DNA from: Podarcis liolepis
Taxonomy: Eukaryota
Direction: 5' to 3' (one strand)
DNA: 64,000 bases
Assembly: GCA_965112155.1 (NCBI GenBank)
Contig: OZ218099.1
Shown here piece after piece: positions 1-12,860 of this stretch (the stretch's first letter is position 1; each line of letters begins with the position of its first letter). The notes beneath the pieces are model-generated. The model was not told the origin of the DNA. It worked only from the letters and a program-made list of their open reading frames with translations, and did not search any database. Position numbers and translations under genes: made by a program.

Positions 1-1487
1 ATAATCCATAAACAGGGTGTTGCACTGAGTTTTGAACTACTGTACTAATTTTGTCTACTAGATTTGTCAGTGGGTGGTGGCTGTGCTGCTTTTTCCATTT
101 TTTATTTGTACATGGTGCCTCAAAACATCTAGGAATCATTGTCATGTCTCAGCTATGAAGCATACTTGAGGCAGGTTGTGGCTGGATTTATAATTTCAAA
201 GCATTCCATTCACTAGTCAGCAACAACATAGCAGGGGTCACAAGCCTTTTTCAGCCTGTGGGCACATGAAAACAAGATAAACGGTCATGGGCATATACAC
301 CCCACCCCACAATTAAGCACACACTGCAACCTCTTCTAATGGCTTCCACATAACCCTTCTTTCAAGTCTTAATTTCAGCGGGGGGAAGAGACCCTGTGGG
401 CACCGAGAAAGATCTCTTGTGTGCATGTGTACCTGAGGACCCCACATTAGCAACATCTGAAAGGAAATGACAATTTTTGGGCATACCCTAAGATCCTGTG
501 GGGCAAAAGTAAGCCCAAGACTATAGTGTAAATTGCTGAGTCACTCTGCAGGTTGACATTCTTCTGCACAAGTCCTTATTCCTCTTGTCTACATTTATGG
601 ACCCTAAAACATTGCATGGCAAGCAGTGATTGGTGTCCATTGGGAGTTGGTAAGACTGAAGTCAGAGAGATCAACAGTAGGTGGAGGCAGATAAAAAAGG
701 CAGGCAGCTGGGAGCTTGCTGTGGGCTGTCTGAGGTTGGTGGGGCAGGGCCCCATGCACTCTAACAGAGCAGCCTCCACTGCCCTGGACCCACCTCAGAC
801 TCAGCCTATCTCACCTTTCTGGGCAGGCCCAGCCTGTTCAACTGAATATTACTGCCTTAGGGATGTTAAATTGTGAGGGAGGCTCAGGCCCTTGTGTCTC
901 ACTGTAGGCTAAGCAGGCTGACAATAGGACATTAAGCGATCAGGAGTCGACCATTTTATGATGCCAGTTGAAGCCTGAAAGACCTGCTCCTGCCCTCAGG
1001 CTTTTTAATCTGCTTTTGGCCTCCCTGAAGGCAAGGGACACAACCTGCCTGTGTGGATCTCTACCAGAAGTGCAGACAGTGACTCTGACACAATTATTAG
1101 CTGAGGAAGGAAACCTTGGAATGTCAGCAACCAAGGCGGATGCCCAGAAATCCTCTGTGCTGGGCTAGACCTGCTCACAGGATAAAACTGGGTGACTCCA
1201 TGCATTCTGGCCTAAGGCAGTTCAGGGATACAAATACAGTAATGAGATCAGCAACACCGTGCCTTTGATAAATGATATTGTCCCAGGTTCTCACCCCTGC
1301 ACGACAAGCACCCCTGCGCTTTCGGCAATTCCCTCTTCTACGCAATCATTAAAAGATACAAGAGCTATTATGTACAGCAGGGGCCACGGTGGTTCAAGCT
1401 GGTGCTTTCTGAACCTATTCGCTGTGGTGATGGATGGGTTGGAGTTTTGTTCTAGATGTGTTATTTTCTCCCTCCTCTATTTAAAAA

Positions 1488-1720
1488 TTTATTTAAAATA
1501 TTATTTATATGCTGCCCTTCATCAAAAATTGATTCTAGGGCAGCTCGCAATAATATAACAAGTGAAAAATACAACTCAAATGACACCATAAAACACAGAG
1601 ATAAAAACAGCCAATAAAACAGATATGTCATACTTAAAAAGCCTGGGTGAATAAAAAAGGTTTTTGCCTGGTGCCAAAACAATAGTAACATTGGCGCCAA
1701 GTTAGCTTTCCTGAGAAGGG
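1488..1720 (-). mobile_element. Probable L2/CR1-type LINE 3' end
   Basis: TTTATTTATA..CCCTTC...AGGGCAGC tail and aaaaaggtttttgcctggtgcc resemble squamate LINE 3' ends (pattern recognition only). Confidence 0.45.
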
Positions 1721-4603
1721 CAATAAACAACAGAGTAGCAGTAGAGGACCAATGCATGAAAAAGGGCAGCTTGATCTTCAGCTATTCTTCAGCTATTCAA
1801 CATGGCAAGCGCTCTCTGATATCTGTTTGTTCTCTTTGTTGGGCTTTTACTATTCAATCTTGCATTGCATGGAAATGTTCTAGTCATCTGTACTGTTGTA
1901 GGATTGGGGTTTTGGACGGGAAAGAGGTCATGGGGCTAGAAGTCCCGTTGGCTCTTAACAGCTCTGGCAAAGTTGACAAGTACCTCCTTTATTAGGGAAA
2001 CTAAAAGTCAGTGGCCCACCCTGACCAGGTGTACCATGGAAAGGGGAGAGCCAGGTTTGTGTCTTACACAGTTCTAAGCAACCTTCCTGTCAGCACAAAG
2101 GTTTCTGCATAGACAACAGGAATTCCCCCCTTTGCTTCCCCCTCACCCCCTAAATCTGTTCTGGGCATTCTTCCCACCCTCCCAAGATGATTTGTGAAGT
2201 CGGTGGTGCACACATGGTGGGGAGTGAAATCTACATGTCTTTCAAACTGACCCCCTTCCCCAGGTGTATGTGAGGAAAAAATGGGGCAGTAAGAATGTCT
2301 TAATGAAACAAACGCAGATGGGAATTTGTCTAATCCAGCCACCCTTAAATATAGCAATGCTCTGCATTTACCAAGACCACCTAAAATGGCTAAACTCAAC
2401 AAAAACCTGAAAGCAGGTGGGAAAAAGCACTTGTTTTTATCTACCAAAAGATAAAAGCAGGTAAAAATAAACCATGACTGGCAATCTGTAAAACTCAAAA
2501 CATGATATTCCTACATATTTATTATAAATGTATTAAACATAAAACAGGGGGGGGGGCAGGAAAAACAGAACAAAAACAAAATCACTCGCTCACATTCCCA
2601 ATAGAATAAACATCCATACATCCATCTTGATTTATACATACAGTTTAATTCATACCATCCAAATGTCCAGACAGGTATCCAAACAAAAGTTGGCATTCAT
2701 AGAAATGGCATTCAAATGTAGGAGGGGTGCCATACTAATTTAAACTCTGGTTAGTCATAGGTTTTAAAGTCAAATATACAATTGCTCTAACACTAAATAA
2801 TGGTAAAATCCTGACTATACAGCCCAGCCCTACATTTCTGGTAACCACAACCTAGTACTTAGTCATGCACTCAGTCCTCTTTTGTAAGGCAACCCTGTAC
2901 TACCCTGAGTTCCTTTGTACATAACCTGCATTTGGCAAATTTATTTATTTAAAACATATTTCACCCGCTTTTCATTGCACAAGGTATTTCAGAATGTGCT
3001 ACTTACCTTCAGACAGAGGTATCCTTCCACTAACTACTCTGTGTTCTGTTTCAGAACTGGCTTGTAAGGCTTTCCTCAGCTAACTACTATAGTTCTGATT
3101 GTCACAACCTGTGGATAATTAGCTCCATTGTGCACCTGGCTTATGCATAGCTGCTTAGGCAAACTATGAGGAATGCCTGCAGTGGGTCTTGCAGAGCAGA
3201 CCCACTTACTGGCAGCTGTGCATTTGAAAATTGGCAGCCAAGATAGGGGAGGGACAATCTGAAGCAGATAAAAATAGGTAGGGGAAGGGTTAAATCCCCA
3301 CACCTGCCACCACTCTCCCATTCAAAGCCACCCCCTTGCATCCTTTCCTGAGGTAAAAGTGGGGTATCAGGCTTTAGTTAAACATTTAGGCCTGTAATTT
3401 GTAGTTAGGAATTCCTCAGTGAGTTTGGCATAGCCAGAGAGTTTAAACTGACTGGCTCTAGCCACTGATGCAAAATCTGTATCCAAGGTCAACCAGAGGT
3501 TAATGTACTATTTGGAACTCTTTAATTAAAACTAATACATTTATACATCTAAAGTAGTGCCGAAACTAAATATTAGCCAAATGTATCTGAGCATAAAATG
3601 CTGTTGATGCAATTTCTTTCCACTGTGTGTTACTCATCAGGAAATAATGGGAACCTTAATGAGCATTAATTTCTCAACATATCAGGGCAGCTGATGAACT
3701 AAAAATCAGCTGAGTGTTCACTGACCCTTGTCGTTGGTGCTGTTTATTTCTGTATCATGGCCTAAAGATGCTGCTGGGGGCGCCTTGTTCATTCACTTGC
3801 CATCTTCTGAATCAACTGGAGCTCTTTGATATCCTCGGGTGATCAACAACCTTTTGCTCCTCTTCTTCAAGAGTAGGGGTAAGTAATCATGTGTTGCTCA
3901 TTAAGTCCAAGAACCAGTGGGACTATTCTATGGGAGGCAGGAGGAAGGTAAGAAAGCATGATTATTATGAATTCAGCTCACAAACTTTGTGATGAAGCAA
4001 ACTTTGTTTGTTACTTCTCCCTTGGTAACAGTGTTCTTTTAAAGCTAGCCATTCATTCCTCCTTCATTTATTCTTCAGTCACACCATTTGCAATTGATTT
4101 GTATTACACTAAAAGCCAGCGTACATTTGAGGACCATGTTGTAGAAATATTAAAGACTATTTATAAAGCTACATTGGTGGGTTCCAGGGTTGGATTTCCT
4201 ATACTCAGAAGGAAGGTACATTGAGTTCAATATGATTTACTCTCAAGTATGTCTGTATAGGGGGACGCAAACTATGGTTGTCTGTACCCTTTTCCCTTCA
4301 TGTTGTGAAGCAAATTCCTCTTTGACTCCAAAAAATTATGAAGCATGTGGTGTAGTTTGGAAAGGGGGTTGTTTATTACAGAAGTGGAAAACGTAGCATA
4401 GTGTCAAAGACGGAAGTTAAAAAGAAAAAAGTATAATATTTCGCCCCAAAATAGGAATCGCTGCCGTAGGTTTGCCCATTTCTATTTCCATCCTGAAAGT
4501 GGGAATTCTACTCCCTCTCCCTCCCCAAAGAATTTTGGTGGTATTAAATTAAGCTTTACTCAGAGAAGACCTGTTGAATTTAAGGGACCTAATTTAGCCA
4601 CGT

Positions 4604-4968
4604 GGGACGCAGGTGGTGCTGTGGTCTAAACCACTGAGCCTAGGGCTTGCCAATCGGAAGGTCGGCGGTTCGAATCCCTGCGACGGGGTGAGCTCCCGTT
4701 GCTCGGTCCCAGCTCCTGCCAACCTAGCAGTTGGAAAGCACATCAAAGTGCAAGTAGATAAATAGGTACCGCTCCAGCAGGAAGGTAAACAATGCTTCCA
4801 TGTGTTGCTCTGCTTTCTCCAGAAGCAGCTTAGTCATGCTGGCCATATGACCCGGAAAAACTGTCTGCGGACAAACGCCGGCTCCCTCGGCCAGTAAAGA
4901 GAGATAAGCGCCGCAACCCCAGAGTCGTTCGTGACTGGACTTAACTGTCAGGGGCCCTTTACCTTTTT
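4604..4968 (+). mobile_element. Sauria SINE (tRNA-derived), near full length
   Basis: 5' GGGACGC..GTGG, B box GGTTCGAATCCC, core CCTGCCAACCTAGCAGTT...GCAAGTAGATAAATAGGTACC, 3' tail CCTTTACCTTT; two more copies in the window. Confidence 0.9.
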
Positions 4969-7844
4969 AATGTCTGTATATGATGGTTGCCTTAAATACA
5001 CCTTTACCACTTGTTTTCAGTACCCATAATCTATCATAACTGAGGTGTTAGCCCCGCTGTGGCTACTTCTTGAAGTTCAAATACATGACAAGGGCCCACT
5101 AAATGTTCTATTTTCAGGTCTGTTCTAAGGCTACCAGTATTGGCGCTGCTGCCCAGTGATTCAGTCCCCCACCCAAAACTTTCCCAGTCTTTATAGAATT
5201 TCCAGATTGACCAGAATTTTCATTCTATCACAAATGCTTTGCAACTGTCAAGAAGTTGGGATGCACTGAGCAGTGTGGTGCATGCAAACAGTTAATAGAG
5301 GATGTGCATGCCGTGCTCTAAGAATACTAGTCGGCAACTAACATGGAGGGAGGGGGGGAGAGAAATGGGCATGACAGGCCAGATGCTATAATTGCTGAAA
5401 GGCAGAGAGTATTTTAATTTGAAATAATATGATATATTTATTTTGCAAGTGAAATATGCACCTGTCACGACACTCCCTAGGGGCATTTGAAGGCTAATGC
5501 ACATAACTCACTGGCCAACGTTAACGGTTAGAGACTCGCATCTCTCAGAGTAAATTATGTGCCTAGCCTATAACCTCCTCCCTGGGGTAAAAGCTTGCAT
5601 GGGCAGATAGATCTCTCATTCTCTTCGGGTGGCAACAAATCAAGGAGGACAGAGAGCAAATTCCAGAGCCAAAGGTGCTTGCAGGCACAGCCTACCTATG
5701 TTTCCAGATGTTCAGTTGTAAGGGCTGCTTGAATGACTTGGCTTGCTTGAATTTTGTTGGTGAGTGTGGCAGTGAGACAGGGAGAAAATTATCTTGGTGA
5801 GGCTGTGTTCTCTCAGATGGTCAGAGCTCATTTGTGTTTATTTGCCTTTCTGAATAAACAAACAGGGGAAGAGAGAGGTGGAGTTGCTTTGAATGGCTTG
5901 AAATGTGCCCCTTCTTAAGATGGTAGTGTCACAATGTGCAATTTGAGTTGAAGGTTGGTGGCAGGACAGTGTCCTTGGGCATGTGGGGGTGGGGCAAAAT
6001 AAGGCACTAGTAGTTACCTACCACATTACATCACTCATCGCAGATTGTGGGTATCCAGCTAAATCCCTCCACACAAAGAAAGACATCTGCAAAATATGAG
6101 AGCAATGGCACCTTCCCCCACTCCCAAATCTGCTCTGTACCCCATGACAGATTTGAGAGGCATTGGGAGGGGGAGTTCCATTGTGTTCACAGATGTTGTT
6201 CCACTTTTCCCACAATGATTTTGTTGGATAAAACCCAACAGATTGCCTCCTAGTTATTACATTTGCATTCCCCTCCCTAACATGGAACGGCAGATACAGT
6301 TCTGACACCAGTCTGTTAGATCATGGCCAACGTGCCCATTGGAGCTCCCATTGACACCTGATGGACGAAACTTTAATGGATGTAAGTGGGCTGGTTTATG
6401 CTCTTTTGGATCCTAGCAAGTTCACATTGGAGTGTCTCGTCTGAAGAAGTTTGGAACTGATTTGATAAGCTGTAGTATGTAAATTGCTGAGAAGGGACCT
6501 GCCAGCCTAAGTGAGGGGATGAAGCTCTGAATTTATGACCCCTGGCAAATCCGACTACTTGATCCTCTTGAAAGGCATTTTGCTTTCAAAATGGACTTTT
6601 CCTCCCCTAAAGTGAGTTTCATTTAAATTCCAGTCTATTAGACCATTTCTGACAACTGAAATAGTAAATAATATCCATGCTTTTCAAGGAATGAGCTGGC
6701 AAGGTTATTTCCCTTTAGGGGGAGTTTAGATAATGCCACACTCGTTTTGAATAATGGATGGCTGTTCCAGAGAAATGCTGCATGAAAAGATATGGCAAAG
6801 ATCCTCCCACATGCAGGGCGATATTTCCCAGTTTGAGTGAGAAAGTGGCGAGGATTAAAATCCTACGTGTGCTCCCAGCATCGCCATTGTGCAGATGGGA
6901 GCTCATTAGGTTGACTGCATTCCGCTATGTACCAGCAACCAGGCAAGGATGTGTGATCGATGCACAGAAGTCTGCCTAATCGTGTCTTAATTTGATTCCA
7001 TATTTTTGGGGGGAAATTAATAAAAACAACCCCATCTCTCAGGTGATCCAACATGCACATGGAGTCTGCACATGCAAAGGCCTTGATGGAGAAAAAGGAG
7101 GCTTTGCACATGGTTCCCAGAGAGCTTTGGATAGGAAGCACGTATTGATCATGTTTGCTGCAGGCAGAGGCTAGTGGCTCTTTTCAAACACATAGTGCAG
7201 TACTTAGTAGTTTATTAGATTCTTGGCTCATTGGGTCAAGGACTTGTTCTCTTCTCCCCACCTGCCAATGTCCTATATTCTGTAAAGAGCCATGTGCAGT
7301 GACATTGCTATAGAAATAATAAACAGCAATGAAATATTAGCAATTTTGAAAAAGGTTATGAAGATTAGGGTGACAGTAGTGTTATGGCAATGACCCATCC
7401 TCTTCTCTGTTCTAAGCTGCTGTTGGATGTGCAGAGGCCTCCACAAAGCAGCCCATTCTGGCTCTGTCTATCTTGACTTTTGAAAGTCACTAGCTATAAA
7501 GACTTGCTGAAAGAATCTATTGCTGGCACTAAGGGGACGAGGCCACACTGGTGGCCCAGTGGATGCTATGCAAGGGATACTGGACTGCCTTGTCTTCATC
7601 CTCCCTCCTTCCATGCCCTTCCCAACTATCCCTAGCATAGGCACCACCTCCTGGGGGTTTGGGGGGTCTGGCCCCTTAACTTTCAGAGGGTGTTCAGCTT
7701 GGCCCCCTGGCTCCTCACGACATCGTAGAGCATTCCTGGGAATCACCAGTGGAGTTTTTCATATGACAGTACATGAAAACTGGTGTGTTGCCATTTTATT
7801 GTCTTTATTAAATGGGCATAGGTAAATGAATTCATTGTGTAGTA

Positions 7845-8061
7845 CAGTGGTACCTTGGTTTTCGAAAGTAATCCGTTCCAGAAGTCCATTCGACTTCCAA
7901 AATGTTCAAAAACAAAGGCACAGCTTCCAATTGGCTGCAGAAGCCTCAGACATTTGGCCTCCGAAAAACGTTTGAAAACTGGAACACTTACTTCCGGGTT
8001 TTCGGCGTTCAGGAGCCAATTTGTTCGTCAACTAAACCATTTGAGAACCAAGGTCACACTG
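7845..8061. mobile_element. Tc1/mariner (Tigger/pogo-like) MITE
   Basis: Terminal inverted repeats (TIRs) CAGTGGTACCTTGGTT / AACCAAGGTCACACTG, with TA on both flanks. Confidence 0.85.
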
Positions 8062-8347
8062 TATAATTTATGGATGATCTCAGTTCTGTTTATTGTGCGA
8101 GCAGAATGACTGCCATTCATGCAGTCTTCTCTCCTCCCCCCAAATGTGTTCGGGGGGGGTGCAGAGCAGATGGAAGGGTGCATATGCGGGAGCATGCAGG
8201 AGAGAGATGGGAAGCTTCACTTGGACAATGACTTTGTTGAATACAGCCCCATAAAATATGCTTGAACCCTTGATCTTATTCCCTTCTCCGCATGCATTCA
8301 GCTTCTGCACATGGAGTCTCCCAAGTGGAATAGCTATGCATCCTAGT

Positions 8348-8610
8348 CAATGGCGGAGAAACAGGGGGCAGGGCCGGGGAGTGCACCGCCCCTGGTACCA
8401 TCGGGGAGGGGGTACCATCACGGCTGCCCCCGGACATGCGCCGCGCACCCCCCCACCGCACCGGGGTGCCATGCCCCTGCGCAGCGCACCACGCCCCCAG
8501 GGGCAGCGCGCCATGCCCATGGGGTGCACGCCATGCCCCACAGGATGTGCACCAGCCATGCCCCCACCTGCTCTGCACCCCCGGTGCCAGAGCATGCAGC
8601 TTTGCCACTG
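8348..8610. mobile_element. GC-rich hAT-like MITE
   Basis: Imperfect TIRs CAATGGCGGAG / CTTTGCCACTG; 8-bp TSD atcctagt (8340-8347) and atcctact (8611-8618). Confidence 0.8.
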
Positions 8611-11600
8611 ATCCTACTCTGCAGAGAACAGTCCTCTGTTTGAAGGGCTCTCTGAGGACAGTATTGGGGGGGAAACCAGCCCTCTGTTGGAAAGACTGTC
8701 TCAGAGTCTAGTTTCAAGATCAGGACAGCAGACCAAGTGGCATTCCCCACTATAGTGAGCTGCATTGCTTTTTTCCATATAAATAATAGCAATCATTTCT
8801 AAAATGTGCACCTGTACATACAAATTAACGTATTTCGAAACCATGTAAACCTATGCCCTCTTTTATCCTCCTTTTTGGTGAGGGGCTTCCTTTTTTGTTT
8901 TGTTTTGGTGATGCGTAAGTGACTGCCCTATTGTCACAGATGGACAGCAGGCGGCAGGATACCATGAAAACCCCTCACCATTTTATTTTATTTTAATGGG
9001 CTCTGCAGTTCAAAATGGCAATGCCTCCCTAGGCATGAAACACGGCGCATTTTACATAATTGGTTTAGCTGCAAAATAAGCAGATAAATAAATGTTAATG
9101 AACAGCTGGTCTCAATAAACAAGATAAATTAAAATTAATAATAATCTTATTCATTTAATGAACATGCTAACCATATTTTTAAAGGTAGGGATAAAAAATG
9201 CATGAACTCCTGCAGGGAGGTGTGAAGCCAAGCGAAAGAAATGTGTTTACAGGCACTCCAGGGCTACCTTTGAGCTTCGCAGGGAGTGGGCATTTTGCCA
9301 AAAGCTTTGCTTTTCCTTATCCCCAGTGGCGGTGGTGGCCATGGTGGTGAGATTTTCTTACTTCACTTTTTAGTCAGCCTCTCTCTTCTGTGCATACTAA
9401 GCCAGATGTAAAACAAATAAGCTGCCACTGCCCTGTTCCTTGAGTGTTTCAAGTTATCTGCACCAGCACTTTTTCCCATGTCTGCTTAACTTCTGGGTGT
9501 CAGGCTACTGAGAAAGACCAAGGAAGGTGGCCAGGAAAAAGGAGTCCTGCTTCCAAAAGCAGGCAGTGAAGGGAGAAAGCAGGCAAAAGGACTGGCGTGG
9601 CAAGTGAAGGGGAGAAATGGCAAGTACTTGACTGGCGCCATGTTTAGATTACTGCAATGTGCTCTACAGCCAGCTGCTATTGAGGAGCCTTCAGAAGCCG
9701 CAGTAGGTCCAGAAATGCTGCAGCTGGACTGTTTAAGAAGGGAGTGCATTAAGGGTCAAGGAGGAGTGTTTGGTTTTGCTTTTTCCAGCTGAATGCCCCA
9801 TTTGGATGAGTGGAAGCAGTGTGTCTCCCAAAGCATGGGAGAGAAAGCCCCTCCAGAAATATGCCTCCCACCTATGACACCCACCCCCACCCAGAGAGAG
9901 AAAGAGAGACCCTCTTTTTGTTTCACTACAGACAGCCTTCCAAAGCACAGTGCCAGGACTTTGTTTCATGTTTAGGGTTATCCTGTATTAATGAGCAGCA
10001 ATGCTGGGTTTAACTGCAAGTCCAGAGACTTCAGAAAATAAGCTAACTGCTCACTAAGCTTTTAGGCATGAATGGGGAACCCTGTTCCCTACCACCACCA
10101 CCAAGGCATGCTGGAAGTTGTAGTACAGCAATATCTGGTTTCCCCATCCCTGCTTTTAAAGTTGCAACCTGAAGCTACTAACTAGGGGGGCAGACCCCTT
10201 ACTCCTGAGTAGGCTTGTGCTGTTTACCACTGCCATGTGGCTCCTGTGTGTTTGCAATCCCCCTTTTGAAGCCTTGCTCAGAGCTGTGTCATCTGAAGGG
10301 CTTTGAACTCAAATTTTAACCAATTCTGAGACAAGAAAGTTAAATGATTATATGTCTGTCTCCAGGCTTGGACTAGCTTCAGGGGCGACTGTGATGTTTG
10401 AAAGGGGCAGGGGGTACTTAACATCATTTGACCAGTTAGTGAGAAGCATACTTTGATACTGAATTAGAAGATGGATGTTTGGCACACTAATTTATGCAAT
10501 GCTGGTTCCCTGACATTGTCAGTGGATTTCACCCCAGGGTATGGGAAATTGAAAGGCACTGATCTATTTGTCTAGCAGTACATCACTGCCTGAGATGATT
10601 GCAACCACCCAAGTCCCTGATCAGCAATAGAACTCTACGAGTTTTTTTAATGAACTAATTGATTTGCCCTTCAACTAGTGCATTTCAAATGAGCACTAGT
10701 CCTGGTTAACCCGATAGTAATCCGGGGTCATCCTAGGAGAAATGCAGGGGCTGACGGAGATTGTGACTCCTTTAGCATAATCACAATGGAAAGTTAATAA
10801 CCAAAGTCAATCTCTGCAGGAAAGAAAAAAGAGCAGAGATCCAAACTGACCCAGTAATTAAGATAGACGAACAGTAACTCTGAGCATACAGTGATTATGT
10901 AAATCAACAAGGTCATGACTGAGATTTTTGGGGGCACAAAATCTCCTTTGTAAGCAGGGTCAGAAAATAGTCCTGACGTTATGCCATGTCCATTAATTTT
11001 AAATGGGTCTACTCTGAGTAGGACCTAGGCCTTGGTAATGACTTGAGCCCATTGTTTGCATTCACATCAGTGTGCCAAATGGAGCCTACGCAGGGAAGAA
11101 TTTAAATAAACCTCCATTACACCAAGGTTTGAAAAAAACCCCAACAATTTAGCAGGAGAGAATGATAGCTGCTTGTCTGCATGGGCAGGCTCAAGCTCCG
11201 ACCAATGTAGTCGTTTAGCTCAGGTCCCTTCAGATCTTGTTTGACTTGGGGAGGTTTCCCTCTCATTGCCCCCTCATTGCCAGCGACTGCGCTGGTGTGT
11301 GTGATGCATCTTAAAACAAAACAAGAAAAGGAGGTGTTTCTTCCTTGTTTATACAGCCTGGCTAACCCTCTCCTTCTCTCCCCCTCTTCTCCATCAGACC
11401 AGATTAATGAGAATCATCATGGTAGGTCAAACCTGAGACAAAGTACTCGACGGTTCCTTTTTAAGTGCAGCAATTCGATTACAGATATTGCACTTTGCCT
11501 GCTTTCCATCTTCTCTGCCTTTGTAGATGCTAAAAATATCTCACAATGGCTGAAGAGCGATACTTTTGATCAGAGAGCTTTGTGTTAGTCTGAATAGGCT

Positions 11601-12245
11601 GAATTTAGCTGGGTGAGCAGCCCACAAAAGCATGCAAAATACCAACCCTAGTTATCTCCAAATGCACGACTGGAGAGGAATGACTGGTGGAGGGAGACTT
11701 GACTGGGGGACCCCCAGTATGGATTCTGCTGTCCCATGTACAGGGAAGTAATTAACAGGCGACATTAAAAACCCACAGAGGGAAGGACTGCAATTATAAA
11801 CTCAAGATGGAAATCTTTGCTACCAGGGTAGAGATACCAATTAATTTATCATGGGGAAAAAGAAAACCACGAGTCATTAATAACTTTATGAGGAAACAAA
11901 ATACACAATCTGTGGGTCAGACAGTAATTAAAGCCAGGACTGAGCAATGATCCAAAGCAGCCCCACACTTCACAAAGGTGAATCTTAAGACTGGACATAA
12001 GTGATGACATGGAGGGATTTAGGGCAGGGGAAACACAGAAGGAGCAAAGTATATTTCTAGGTGGGTAAGAAAGAAAATTGACATCATATGTTAATGACAG
12101 GAGTTCAGGAATGGGGGGGGGCCAAGGTCATTTTCAGAGGGTGCTTACCCCACCCTCCACCCCTCTGGCATTGTCTGTGGTGGACATTCTGTCTTTAACA
12201 ATTTAGTGTTAGATTTTTATATTTAAAATTGAACACTGATTAGTT

Positions 12246-12285
<40 letters not shown>

Positions 12286-12288
12286 TGT
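12246..12288. repeat. Compound (CT)n(GT)n microsatellite
   Basis: Read directly from sequence. Confidence 0.95.
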
Positions 12289-12811
12289 AATTTAATTAGA
12301 ATTAGTATGTGAAGTATGGAATCAGTGCAAAACCCCTAGTCCAGTAGGAAGTCACAGCAAATCTGTCACTTATTTTGGGAGGGTCTCTGCATCATTTGTT
12401 ACCAAATGTCACTATACATGCACCACCAATTTTGCAAATAATGAAATGAGGCATCTCGGTTCAAACGGTCTGATTTTCCTTAGCTTGTTTCAGATGTCAG
12501 AAGAACCTTTCCCTGGATATTTGAAAAATATCAAAGAGGTGTGTGAGGGGGGAAGCATGTACTCAAAATTTGTAAATGGCATGTTAGAGAACAGAATAGA
12601 CAACCAAGTACATTTAACATTCCCTCAGTAGAATCCTCCCGGGTGTTGGCAATGACATCTCAGTAGTGTTACGTAGTGGTTGGAGCAGCCTTCCTAAAAA
12701 TAGTGCCCTGCAGTTTCCACCATCCATTTTATCTATGACAATGTAATACAAATCATGAAACGAATGGATAAGGAGCCAAGCCCTGATAGTAGCCCTATAT
12801 GAGACCATGAA

Positions 12812-12813
<2 letters not shown>

Positions 12814-12855
<42 letters not shown>
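12814..12855. repeat. (CT)n microsatellite
   Basis: Read directly from sequence. Confidence 0.95.

Positions 12856-12860
<5 letters not shown>

Noticed and set aside
4604-4680. tRNA-like A/B boxes
   Set aside because: They are the head of a Sauria SINE, not a tRNA gene
8258-8792. Cluster of overlapping ORFs on both strands
   Set aside because: Explained by the GC-rich MITE at 8348-8610, which has few stop codons; no recognisable protein
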